From the NCBI GenBank assembly GCA_963662275.1, contig OY759316.1, positions 3,360,001-3,424,000 of the forward strand: DNA of 64,000 nt, read 5' to 3'. Position numbers and translations under genes: made by a program. Each line of letters starts with the position of its first letter. The stretch's first letter is position 1. The stretch is from Candidatus Cloacimonadales bacterium. Its GTDB lineage: Bacteria; Cloacimonadota; Cloacimonadia; Cloacimonadales; DAONDQ01. This document shows, piece by piece, positions 50,553 through 60,809 of this stretch. A model generated the notes under the pieces. The model saw only the letters and a program-made list of their open reading frames with translations. It searched no databases and was not told the DNA's origin.

Positions 50553-51056
50553 TTATGTTTGAAAAAACGTCGTTGGTATTTTTCTTCCATCCACGCTCTC
50601 TTCTATCTCATTCAAATGAGACGATCCTATTGATTTGGCCATTATCACTTCATCTGCAAGATTAGCAATTATTTCATTCCTGATTCGGGAACTAGCCTTA
50701 TCGGGACGTCTTACTTTATCTGAGAAATTGGAAATGATCAGCATTCTTCCTGAATTGAGAGCTTGTTTCCAGTTTGGGGGTATGCGCATATTTATGATAG
50801 AACGGGCAGGGAAAATGATGACTGGTGAATTTCCGCGTAGGAGTGTTAGTAAGCATTCTTTTTCAAGAGGTGATTGAAAACCACTGAGAATGGTGGCTTC
50901 GGCATCTCGTAATCTTACTATTTCATCTAATGTCTTAAGGATTACACTCGCCTGGCAGTGGTTGGAACAGAATATGGCTATTTTATGATTAGTTATTAAA
51001 TCAGGATTACCAACGTATTCGAATAAAAGCCCTTGAATTATGATTTGAGAAGGCAT
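50553..51056 (-). CDS. Stand-alone DprA/Smf-like (SLOG/Rossmann) domain protein
   Basis: YVGNPDLI...IAIFCS...ILSGFQSPLEK...RNEIIANLADEV; lacks DprA N- and C-terminal domains. Confidence 0.75.
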   Translation of the reverse strand: MPSQIIIQGLLFEYVGNPDLITNHKIAIFCSNHCQASVILKTLDEIVRLRDAEATILSGFQSPLEKECLLTLLRGNSPVIIFPARSIINMRIPPNWKQALNSGRMLIISNFSDKVRRPDKASSRIRNEIIANLADEVIMAKSIGSSHLNEIEESVDGRKIPTTFFQT

Positions 51057-51111
51057 GATTTATCCCTCCTATCCCAACTAACCAAATATGAGAACTCTTT
51101 AAAGAGAAGTC

Positions 51112-52026
51112 CTATTTCTTTTCAAAAGACTTGAGTGTAAATCTTGGTTTACCTTCTCCAACTACTTTTGATTCAACCACAATGTAAAGTTCTTTTTCTA
51201 AATAGTGATTGATTTCCATAGGGTCTACGATTTGTGAACCGACACGCCCTTTGATAACTTCTTGAGTAGGGGAGTGCACAAATTCAAATGTTCTTGATTT
51301 TGGAAGTACACCAATGAATTGACCTGCAAGTGTAATCTCAGTATCAGTGATATTATCAGTGTTAATACGGGCTGCACTTCTTTTCACTTGCTCTTCATCA
51401 TGGAATGTGAAATATTTATCATCTACTTCCAATGCACAGTAAGCATTATTTTCTACAAGTGTATGAAGGAATTCATGAAATTGTTTTACCGTTCGATCAT
51501 CAATCTCAGCCATAGCATCAGATAATTCTTCATCCGTTCCTAAAGAAGCTTCCAGTAATTTCTGTGCTTTTTCAATAGCTTTCTCCAAAATTGACGGGTT
51601 TTCATTTAGATTCACATGTGTTTGATCTATGTTCTCTTCCAATTCAAACCCAAATGAACCCAACGCAGTCCCTGTAATTATGAGCTGATAATTATCTGCA
51701 TTAGTAATCACACCACGATTTCCGGAGGTATTCCCTTCCAGGTTTGAAGCAATGGAAACTACTGCATCAGCGAATTTATTTACAGCTTTTGCTCCAAAGC
51801 CAGCTAAAATACCAAAACTCCCAACAACAGGTTTTCCCCTGAAAGTAATAATCGCATGGGCTGGTTCTCGCATAGAAGTCTTAACACTGTCTAGTTCTGA
51901 CTGTATTTCATCCAATCTGATTTCAAAATTAGCACGATTTATTACCTTATCAGAAGAAATGTGTTCTAATTGATTAAGCAGGTATATCTTCTCTGCTTCT
52001 AAATGCTTATATTCGCGTGCTCTCAT
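51112..52026 (-). CDS. Hypothetical protein, 304 aa, partner of nucleotidyltransferase
   Basis: AGGAG RBS, 11 bp after upstream stop; helical N-terminus, GTALGSFGFEL, beta-rich C-terminus. Confidence 0.8.
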   Translation of the reverse strand: MRAREYKHLEAEKIYLLNQLEHISSDKVINRANFEIRLDEIQSELDSVKTSMREPAHAIITFRGKPVVGSFGILAGFGAKAVNKFADAVVSIASNLEGNTSGNRGVITNADNYQLIITGTALGSFGFELEENIDQTHVNLNENPSILEKAIEKAQKLLEASLGTDEELSDAMAEIDDRTVKQFHEFLHTLVENNAYCALEVDDKYFTFHDEEQVKRSAARINTDNITDTEITLAGQFIGVLPKSRTFEFVHSPTQEVIKGRVGSQIVDPMEINHYLEKELYIVVESKVVGEGKPRFTLKSFEKK

Positions 52027-52037
52027 GATTAAACTCC

Positions 52038-52649
52038 TTATAACAAATTAAGGTCATTCTCGAGCTTGTCAAGAAATTCCACTGCTTTTACATCATCGTT
52101 CGGAGTGAGTTCAATTTCGATAAAACCTTTCCAGATAAGAGTATCTCGTTGATGTGACCAAAGACTATACCAATATGCGGTTTGGTCGATCAACGACTTA
52201 ATAACTGCTTTATTGTCAATTTCGATGGGTTCATGATAAGCGTCAACCAGGTAAGTTTGTTTCAATTGATTATGAAAAACACGTTGGAATAAAAAGGGAT
52301 TGGAGTTTACAACATCCTGCTGTGTTTGATTTTTTTTGAGATAAAAAAAAGTAACAACATCAATATCATTGGGTGCTTCATCAGAGATTAATTCTTTTCG
52401 TGTTACAAAACTGCCATTCAGCCACTGAAAGCCATCATTAATTCCTATTTTGTGCAATTCGGCTCGATAGTTTATAAAACCTTTCAAAATTTGAATTCTC
52501 TCATGCAATTTTAAATTAAGTCCTATTTGTGTAAAGTACTGTATGAAATCCAATAAAGACATTTTATAAGGAGATCTGTCTCCACTCGGTGGGTTAATTA
52601 AATCAATTGGTGGTATTAATCCTGCTTGATTCCATTGTGCTAATGACAT
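52038..52649 (-). CDS. Pol-beta-superfamily nucleotidyltransferase-like protein (DUF6932-like)
   Basis: WLNGSFVT...PNDIDVV...VDAY (GS, DxD, third Asp); C-terminal WKGFIEI. Confidence 0.75.
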   Translation of the reverse strand: MSLAQWNQAGLIPPIDLINPPSGDRSPYKMSLLDFIQYFTQIGLNLKLHERIQILKGFINYRAELHKIGINDGFQWLNGSFVTRKELISDEAPNDIDVVTFFYLKKNQTQQDVVNSNPFLFQRVFHNQLKQTYLVDAYHEPIEIDNKAVIKSLIDQTAYWYSLWSHQRDTLIWKGFIEIELTPNDDVKAVEFLDKLENDLNLL

Positions 52650-52797
52650 ACTACCCCCCTATAATCAAACTTCCTTAGCATAAATACGTTGCTGATCATA
52701 ATAACTTTGCATCACTTACCCCCACAATATCATCTAATTTATCGTGAAAAGTTACGCTGTCAATATAAATCTACTCATGTAATCATTCTTTAACATA

Positions 52798-54658
52798 GAG
52801 ACTGTTCAAAATTAACCTCCATTTTACGCAGCCTTATTGGTAGTGACAGAGAAAAAGTGGTCTAAGTGCGACCAATCCACATTTTCTTGACATATGCGGG
52901 AGATATTTAAACTTGCTAAAAGTGATTCCTGACGCATGATTGGTTGACCTTTATCGACCAGTTCTTTGAACCAAAGCGAAAACACAAGGTTGCGGGTGGT
53001 TTCTTCAGATTTTAGTCCAAATCTACCGGATGTCACCTTCTTGATTTTGCGGTTCCAGCGTTCAGAGACATTGGAAGTCAAACCTTTGCTGAGGTGTCTC
53101 CAATCACTAATGATATTGCTTTTGATGTATTCGGCGGCGGTTGGGGGAGTAATAGCTGTCAGGCTTGCGATACCCTTTTTCCTTCCGCCCGCCGTTTCTC
53201 TTCGGAAAGCTTTCATAATCCTCTTCTTAAAGAACTTGTCCCTGTCTTCAGGGAGATGACATTGACTGATTCTTTTGAAGAGATTTCGTATCTTATGGAA
53301 CTTACAGAGTTGGTAATGGACTTTTGGAAACACTGTTTTTCTTGCAACTGCTAACGATTTACTGCCATCACTGACAATCAGGGTTGGATCTTTCCTGTAG
53401 AGCTGTCTGAAGGTTCTGAAACATGCTTCGAATGATTCTTTCTTTGTGTCAGGATACAACTCACAAAACAGAGGGATGTGAGTCACAAAATCAACAATAC
53501 TGATGACATAGTACGGAATACCTTTGATCTTCACATATTTCTCATCAATGCTGATCTTTCCGCTCCACTTACCGATTGAGTTCAGAATCAGGCTCTGCAG
53601 GTCAGCGATTTCATGCCAGAGATTTGAGACTGTAGCTTTACAGGTGTTGAGCAGCAAAGCTATCGTCTCGAAGTTCATACCGCTTCCAACCAGGTAATGT
53701 ACCAGCAGACACAGGTTCTTGCGTTCCAGACTATGGAACGGCTTTGCATCGGCGGTTCTATGGGATGTATTGCCTTTAGCAGTCTTCATTTGTTCCAGGA
53801 GTCTGTCACAGATAACAGGTGTATTCTGCTGACCGGCAAGCAGTTTCAGCAGATGTACAGCATCACCGCCTACTGTCTTTTTCAGAAGAAGCTTCTGAGC
53901 TTGCTTAACTACAGACAGAGAATTGACCTGAGAAGCATATTTGCAGAAAGTGGTATAGGACATTTTAAAATCATGATGGCTGATGAACTCCTGATACATG
54001 ACATTTAAAGGTAAAAGCAGGTTATTGATAACAAAATTCTCGATCTGAGGAATACACTCCAGCAGGTCAACTTTCCGGCTTAAATATGCCAGGATATCAT
54101 GACCATGCTGCTCAAACTCTTGCCAGAAATTATGTACATTCCTGCGGTCTGCGTAGTTAAACAGATCAGCTATTTGCTGAAGTGTAAGGAGGTTGTCTCC
54201 GCCTATTCCTACTAATAAGCGTAGAAACGCTATTAAGAACTTGTGGTTTGATGTTGTCTCAGGCAAAGTGAATGAAAATGGTACGTTAATACTTACATGG
54301 TATTGGTTACTTTCATGACTAACACTTACCGCTTCTTGAATTGGAGTGTTTTTTTGTCATAATATCCTCCCTTTTGTTACCAGGTAACAAATGCCATTGA
54401 AGCTATAGCAAAAAACTTGTAAAGAACTATTTTATATGATTTTAACTACACATTTAGTCAGAAACGGCTTCGAAACATTACTTATAATCGCGTGTTTTTC
54501 AATTTTAGTCAAAAAGCTTAACTTGTGATTTGGTGTCCTTAGCAGAGCTTATCTGTCAATTCTGGAAGGTATGTTAAATTATGACCGTTTCGACCACTTT
54601 TTTCAACTTGCTACTTTCTAACTTATTGAATATTATGAATAACTTCATGAACAGTCTC
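52798..54658 (-). mobile_element. IS256/Mutator-like insertion sequence, copy 1 (1861 bp)
   Basis: IR GAGACTGTTCA...TGAACAGTCTC; 8-bp target duplication TTAACATA (52790-52797, 54659-54666). Confidence 0.92.
52824..54360 (-). CDS. DDE transposase (IS256/Mutator-like); RBS-linked ATG 54360 is out of frame with main ORF 52824..54266
   Basis: SIDEKY, VSDG, QLCKFHK (CxxH), TSNVSERWN. Confidence 0.85.
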
Positions 54659-54691
54659 TTAACATACAATCACTGAAGACTGCTGTAGTTT

Positions 54692-54900
54692 TTACTTTTT
54701 CTTTAATCTACTTTTAATCGCATCTTCTGCCAGCTTCAACACATCCTTATACTCTACACCGAAAGGTTTGAGAAGATTAGCTGAACCATGTATTGCACTG
54801 CTAAATTCGCCAACAGCTTCACCCACGGTCTTATCAATACCTGCAGCTTCAATTTCTTCAGATGTATATTGATAATACAAAAGGACGATATCTTCTACCT
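54692..54900 (-). pseudogene. 3' fragment of an unknown gene abutting the terminal CRISPR repeat
   Basis: ORF 54692..54931 begins in spacer/repeat DNA without RBS; remaining about 68 codons look like a natural helical C-terminus. Confidence 0.45.
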
Positions 54901-55171
54901 TGGCACCAAAGCTCTTTGACTTAGTACGCACAGTCTAAAGATAAATCATATTACGTTGTTACAGCTTGACACCAAAGCTCTTTGACTTAGTACTGTTGGC
55001 TATTACAGGCTTTCGAGGTTTAGGTTACAGCTTGACACCAAAGCTCTTTGACTTAGTACAAAAGCGATGCAATCATTGATGGTGATCTGGTTACAGCTTG
55101 ACACCAAAGCTCTTTGACTTAGTACTATGCTATTGATCAGGCTGCTCTAATTGCGGTTACAGCTTGACACC
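54892..55171 (+). CRISPR. Type II-C array, distal segment: 1 degenerate + 3 full + 1 partial repeat, 4 spacers
   Basis: 36-bp repeat GTTACAGCTTGACACCAAAGCTCTTTGACTTAGTAC at 54958, 55024, 55090; degenerate at 54892; first 16 nt at 55156; 30-nt spacers. Confidence 0.96.
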
Positions 55172-55393
55172 TGCATATTCCGCTCAGAAAAGCCACCTTG
55201 TCCGATTAAGTTGAGCCAGTGCTCCACTATAATTGAGCCATACTATATTGTCTTTTTGAGCCACACTACGTATCTGATCGCCATATAACATAATATCTGC
55301 AGTGTTTGGCAAGATTCTGTTCCGGCTGCTGCGGAGAGAGGACGTAGTCCGAGCGAAGCAGCAGCCGGAACGTTGCGCCTAATGGGCAATAGG

Positions 55394-56149
55394 CTATTTT
55401 CTATTGATTTGTTTTATTCCCTTGCGTTCTCTCATTGACATCTTCCCATCGATAAATATATGGTGAGAGTTATGAACAAGCCGGTCAAGGATGGCATCAG
55501 CGAGAGTGGGTTGTCCAATCTTCTCGTGCCATCCTCCGGTTTTGAACTGAGAGCACAAGACCGTAGATGCTTTGGAATACCTCATCTCGACTATTTCAAA
55601 GAGATCTTTAGCTTCCTGTTCGTTTATCCTGGTTAACAGCCATTCATCAAGTATCAGCAGTTTAGCATTGGCATATCTGTCTATGACTCTTTGATGCCCG
55701 CCTTCACAACGACTAACAGCGAGGTCATCCAACAGTTCAGGCAGGCGGACGTATTTTACAGTGAAGTATTTCTTGCAGGCAGCTATGCCAAATGCGCAAG
55801 CCAGCCATGTTTTACCGCTTCCCGATGCTCCGGTGATGATGATATTCTCATTCTCTCCAATAAAAGAACATGACGCCAATTCAACGATTGCACTACGATC
55901 AAGTTTCCTGTCTTCATGGTAGTCAATATCTGCTATACTCGCATTACTGAACTTGAAGCCGGCACCGTGAATCAGACGTTTAAGCCTATTATTCTTGCGC
56001 TTATCCCATTCTATATCAACCAGCATGCCAAAGCGCTCGTCAAAGCTGTAGTTTTCCAGTGATTTATCGTTAACCTGATTTCGGTAGGCATCTGCCATGC
56101 CATTTAACAGCATCTCTCGAAGTTTAATGATAGTAGTATTATTAGTCAT
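55394..56149 (-). CDS. istB: IS21 helper ATPase IstB
   Basis: GASGSGKTWLA, LLILDEW, LADAILDRLVHNSH; start reassigned to ATG 56149. Confidence 0.95.
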   Translation of the reverse strand: MTNNTTIIKLREMLLNGMADAYRNQVNDKSLENYSFDERFGMLVDIEWDKRKNNRLKRLIHGAGFKFSNASIADIDYHEDRKLDRSAIVELASCSFIGENENIIITGASGSGKTWLACAFGIAACKKYFTVKYVRLPELLDDLAVSRCEGGHQRVIDRYANAKLLILDEWLLTRINEQEAKDLFEIVEMRYSKASTVLCSQFKTGGWHEKIGQPTLADAILDRLVHNSHHIFIDGKMSMRERKGIKQINRK

Positions 56150-56496
56150 TTTCGTTTCTCCCGTAGTAACCTGATTCCCGGCTGATGGCATACTCTGAGC
56201 TTTGCACCGCTTCAGCATCATTATCGGTGCTTCTCTTCTGTTCATTTGAGTTTAGAATAGTCTTGATGATTCTGTAACTCGGATTTGGCGTATAGCTTAA
56301 TGCTCGTTGACAGGCACTTTCCAAATTTTGACAGCCATACTTTTTTGAAGCGCTTAGCACAGCCATGCAAGTGCGATAACCTTGCTGTTCAACCCTGCAT
56401 GATCCCAGGATTGACTTGATTACCAACTCAGTGCTTGTTCCAATAGTACAAGCCCAGTCAACAAAACTTTCTGCATCCCATTTACGGTATTCCTGA

Positions 56497-58357
56497 GAGA
56501 CTGTTCAAAATTAACCTCCATTTTATGCAGCCTTATTGGTACTGACAGAGAAAAAGTGGTCTAAGTGCGACCAGTCCACATTTTCTTGACATATCCGAGA
56601 GATATTTAAACTGGCTAAAAGCGATTCCTGACGCAGGATTGGTTGTCCTTTATCGACCAGTTCTTTGAACCAAAGCGAAAACACAAGGTTGCGAGTGGTT
56701 TCTTCAGATTTTAGACCAAATCTGCCGGATGTCACTTTCTTGATTTTGCGGTTCCAGCGTTCAGAGACATTGGAAGTCAAACCTTTGCTGAGGTGTCTCC
56801 AATCACTAATGATATTGCTTTTGATGTATTCGGCGGCGGTTGGGGGAGTAATAGCTGTCAGGCTTGAGATACCCTTTTTCCTTCCGCCCGCCGTTTCTCT
56901 TCGGAAAGCTTTCATAATCCTCTTCTTAAAGAACTTGTCTCCCTCTTCAGGGAGATGACATTGACTGATTCTTTTGAAGAGGTTTCGTATTTTATGGAAT
57001 TTGCAGAGCTGATAATGGACTTTGGGAAACACGGTTTTTCTGGCAGCCGCTAATGCTTTACTGCCATCACTGACAACCAGGATAGGATCTTTTCTATAGA
57101 GCTGTCTGAAGGTTCTGAAACATGCTTCGAATGATTCTTTCTTTGTGTCAGGATACAACTCACAAAATAGAGGGATGTGAGTCACAAAATCCACAATACT
57201 GATGACATAGTACGGAATACCTTTGATCTTCACATATTTCTCATCAATGCTGATCTTTCCGCTCCACTTACCGATTGAGTTCAGAATCAGGCTCTGCAAA
57301 TCACCGATTTCATGCCAGAGATTTGAGACTGTAGCTTTACAGGTGTTGAGCAGCAAAGCTATTGTCTCGAAGTTCATACCGCTTCCAACCAGGTAATGCA
57401 CAAGCAGACACAGGTTCTTGCGTTCCAGACTATGGAATGGCTTTGAATCGGCTATTCTATGCGATGCATTGCCTTTAGCAGTCTTCATTTGTTCCAGGAG
57501 TCTGTCACAGATAACAGGTGTATTTTGCTGACCGGCAAGCAGTTTCAGTAGATGTACAGCATCACTGCCTACTGTCTTTTTCAGAAGAAGCTTCTGAGCT
57601 TGCTTAACCACAGACAGGACATTGATCTGAGAAGCATATTTGCAGAAAGTGGCATACGACATTTGAAAATCATGATGGCTGATGAACTCCTGATACATTA
57701 CATTTAAAGGTAAAAGCAGGTTATCGATAACAAAACTCTCGATCTGAGGAATACACTCCAGCAGGTCAACTTTCCGGCTCAGATACGCCAGAATATCTTT
57801 GCCATGTTGCTCAAACTCCTGCCAGAAATTATGCACATTCCTGCGGTCTGCATAGTTAAACAGATTAGCTATTTGCTGAAATGTGAGAAGATTGCCTCCG
57901 TTTATTCCTGTTATTAAGCGGAGGAATACCATTAAAAACTTGTGGTTGGATGTCGTTTCAGGCAAACAAAATGAACATGGTACGTTAATACTTACATGGT
58001 ATTGGTTACTTTCATGACTGACACTTACAGCTTCTTGAATTGGAGTGTTTTTTTGTCATAATATCCTCCCTTTTGTTACCAGGTAACAAATGCCATTGAA
58101 GCTATAGCAATAAACTTGTAAAGAACTATTTTATATACTTTTAGATACACTTATAGTCAATAGTGGAGTCGAAAAATTACTTACTATCGCTTATCTTTTG
58201 CTTTTAATCAAAAAGCTTAGCTTGAGAGTTTGGGTTATAGGAGATGCCGATATGTCAATTCTGGAAGTGATATCAAATTATGATCGTTTCGACCACTTTT
58301 CGCAACTTGATACTTCCTAACTTATTGTATATTATGAATAAATGCCTGAACAGTCTC
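56497..58357 (-). mobile_element. IS256/Mutator-like insertion sequence, copy 2 (1861 bp), nested in istA
   Basis: Same IRs as copy 1; 8-bp target duplication ATTCCTGA (56489-56496, 58358-58365). Confidence 0.94.
56523..58059 (-). CDS. DDE transposase (IS256/Mutator-like), copy 2; ATG 58059 out of frame with main ORF 56523..57965
   Basis: Same motifs as copy 1, non-identical sequence. Confidence 0.85.
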
Positions 58358-59730
58358 ATTCCTGATGATCCCTGGGCATATGCTCGGCATTGGTCTGATA
58401 TCGCTCAGAGTTTCCCTCCAAGCCCCTGGGGGAGGCTATTCTGACTGAATTGTAAAAGACCTCCACCACCCTGGCGGTTAGGCGAATATCCACTTTGTGG
58501 TGGATATATTCATAAGGCACTGAATAATACTTCTTATCAACCATAATGTGATAGTTGTAACCAACCGTTGCTGTAGCCCATGTAGCCAGTTCATAAGCCG
58601 CCTCCGGCAAGGGAAGCAGCTGCTCTCGTTCTTCTTGCCAAAATACGCTTTCACGGGAGCCATCTTTGACCTGGAAAGGCTGAAAGGCTTACTGTTAAAT
58701 TCAGCCAACTTTTCCCTGATTGCCTTATTGAGTTCTCTAAGCGAGAAGAAACTCCTGTTGCGAAGAGCAGCCAGAATCCAGGTCGAGATAATACCTACTG
58801 TCCCTTCAGCACTTGCCTTATCCTTGGGATGCCTGACCCTGGCAGGGATGACCACTGTATTGTAGTAATTAGCCAGTTCATTATATGTCCTGTTGATTAC
58901 ACTGCCTCCACTGGATACCCGCTCCACACCAGTCTTGAGGTTGTCAGGTACCAGTATTTTTGCCACTCCGCTCATATATTGAAAACAGTTTACATGAGCC
59001 TGAATCCAGTTACACAGACTCATATTGGGAAGTGCTTCAACATAAGCATAGCCACTATAGGGCAAAACAGCGACAAAGACTGGAACTTTAAGCTGTGCCC
59101 CGGTAAGATTGTTTGTCAAATACGCAGATTGACCTGCCCAATCAACCTCAAGCTTCTCACCCGGCTTGTGATGAATGCGCATGGTTGCCTTGGTTTGATG
59201 AGCATATTCCGTGTAAAGCTCGCAGAATCGACTGTATTGATAGGGTATCGTCTGATTCTGACGGCATAACTCCGAATATTCATGCCATAACAACGACAAG
59301 GTTACACCGCTTTTACCCAATTCCTTGTGAATATGCTCAAAATCAGGCATCCTGCGACAACCTTCGATATTTACAATGGGAAATAGCATCTTCCCCAATT
59401 CCCTGTCACTAATTGTATCAGAAATTGGACAGAAAACAGCTTGTTGGGCTGCTGCCCTCAGCACCTTGGATACGGTATTGCGGGAGCACGGCAGGCTTTG
59501 AGCAATATTCCTTTCACTAATTCCTTGCGCCTGTAAACGCAAGATTTCTCGATAATTGGTCATTTTGTGACCTCCATTGTGTTATTTGCGCTCTTCAGCG
59601 CATTGCCACATGGTTAATCACACTCTGATTTATGCAAGGTGGCTCAAAGTAGAATATTCCCTGGCTCAATTATAGTGGAGCACTGGCTCAACTTGGGAAT
59701 ACTCATGGCTCAAATTCATAATATTATTCA

Positions 59731-60746
59731 ACACCAAAGCTCTTTGACTTAGTACGGCATGTGGGCAGTCCACTAGTGGATAGTAGTTACAGCTTGACAC
59801 CAAAGCTCTTTGACTTAGTACCACCAGTACCATATGGCCATAAACGAACTGGTTACAGCTTGACACCAAAGCTCTTTGACTTAGTATTGATGCCAGTAAT
59901 TCAGTGTTGGCTTTCATGTTACAGCTTGACACCAAAGCTCTTTGACTTAGTACTGCCGATTTGGAAGAGATCAGGCAGAAGGAGTTACAGCTTGACACCA
60001 AAGCTCTTTGACTTAGTACAATAAAACAGCTTACGTCCCTCGTGGTGCTGTTACAGCTTGACACCAAAGCTCTTTGACTTAGTACCTTCGTGTCACGCGA
60101 TAAGATTGCTGATACGTTACAGCTTGACACCAAAGCTCTTTGACTTAGTACTAACGCCGACATTTCAACGTGACCTGCGCAGTTACAGCTTGACACCAAA
60201 GCTCTTTGACTTAGTACATGTAGTTTTGAATTACCTAACCATCCCATGTTACAGCTTGACACCAAAGCTCTTTGACTTAGTACAAGCCGTTCTGGATACT
60301 TCACAAGGTGGCAGTTACAGCTTGACACCAAAGCTCTTTGACTTAGTACAATTCCCTTGTACTTGGAAATGTGACAACCGTTACAGCTTGACACCAAAGC
60401 TCTTTGACTTAGTACACGAATTGATTGTAATACCTTATCTTTACTGTTACAGCTTGACACCAAAGCTCTTTGACTTAGTACGGTTTTACCGTTTCCGGTA
60501 TCACCGTAAATGTTACAGCTTGACACCAAAGCTCTTTGACTTAGTACTTTGGTTTGTCTGTTTCCATGCAGCGATAGGTTACAGCTTGACACCAAAGCTC
60601 TTTGACTTAGTACCTCAGGTCACCACCCTTCATGATAAGTACCTGTTACAGCTTGACACCAAAGCTCTTTGACTTAGTACAAGACCGGCTATATCCATAC
60701 AGATCCATTGGTTACAGCTTGACACCAAAGCTCTTTGACTTAGTAC
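59731..60746 (+). CRISPR. Type II-C array, cas-proximal segment: 1 partial + 15 full repeats, 15 spacers
   Basis: Repeats at 59786 + 66n up to 60578, then 60645 and 60711; spacers 30 nt (one 31 nt); last 25 nt of repeat at 59731. Confidence 0.99.
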
Positions 60747-60752
60747 TAAGCC

Positions 60753-60790
60753 GTCCTAACCTATCAAAATATGATAGGTTAGGACATTTT
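60753..60790 (+). terminator. 14-bp stem hairpin between array and cas2
   Basis: GTCCTAACCTATCA-AAATA-TGATAGGTTAGGAC then ATTTT. Confidence 0.65.
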
Positions 60791-60809
60791 ATCTGCAAGA
60801 AAAGTGGCG

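Larger units (their letters stand above)
56142..59563 (-). pseudogene. istA: IS21 transposase IstA, broken by an 8-bp duplication and a nested IS
   Basis: PGEKLEVDWAG, VPDNLKTGV, PKDKASAEG; frameshift at 58674-58689; HMPRDHQE|YRKW joined across 56497-58357. Confidence 0.93.
55172..59730 (-). mobile_element. IS21-family element inserted in a CRISPR repeat, carrying a nested IS
   Basis: TG...CA ends, multiple TTGAGCCA/TGGCTCAA subterminal repeats, 5-bp duplication ACACC (55167-55171, 59731-59735), istA-istB. Confidence 0.95.

Noticed and set aside
55060..55089. Spacer start AAAAGCGATGCAA also occurs near 48745 inside IS1182 (possible self-targeting)
   Set aside because: Only 13 of 30 nt match, compatible with chance; I could not scan all spacers exhaustively
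52798..58357. Composite transposon bounded by the two IS256-like copies
   Set aside because: Each copy has its own matching 8-bp duplication and the copies are diverged, so they are independent insertions
60747..60809. tracrRNA between array and cas2
   Set aside because: No anti-repeat complementarity seen; probably outside the window
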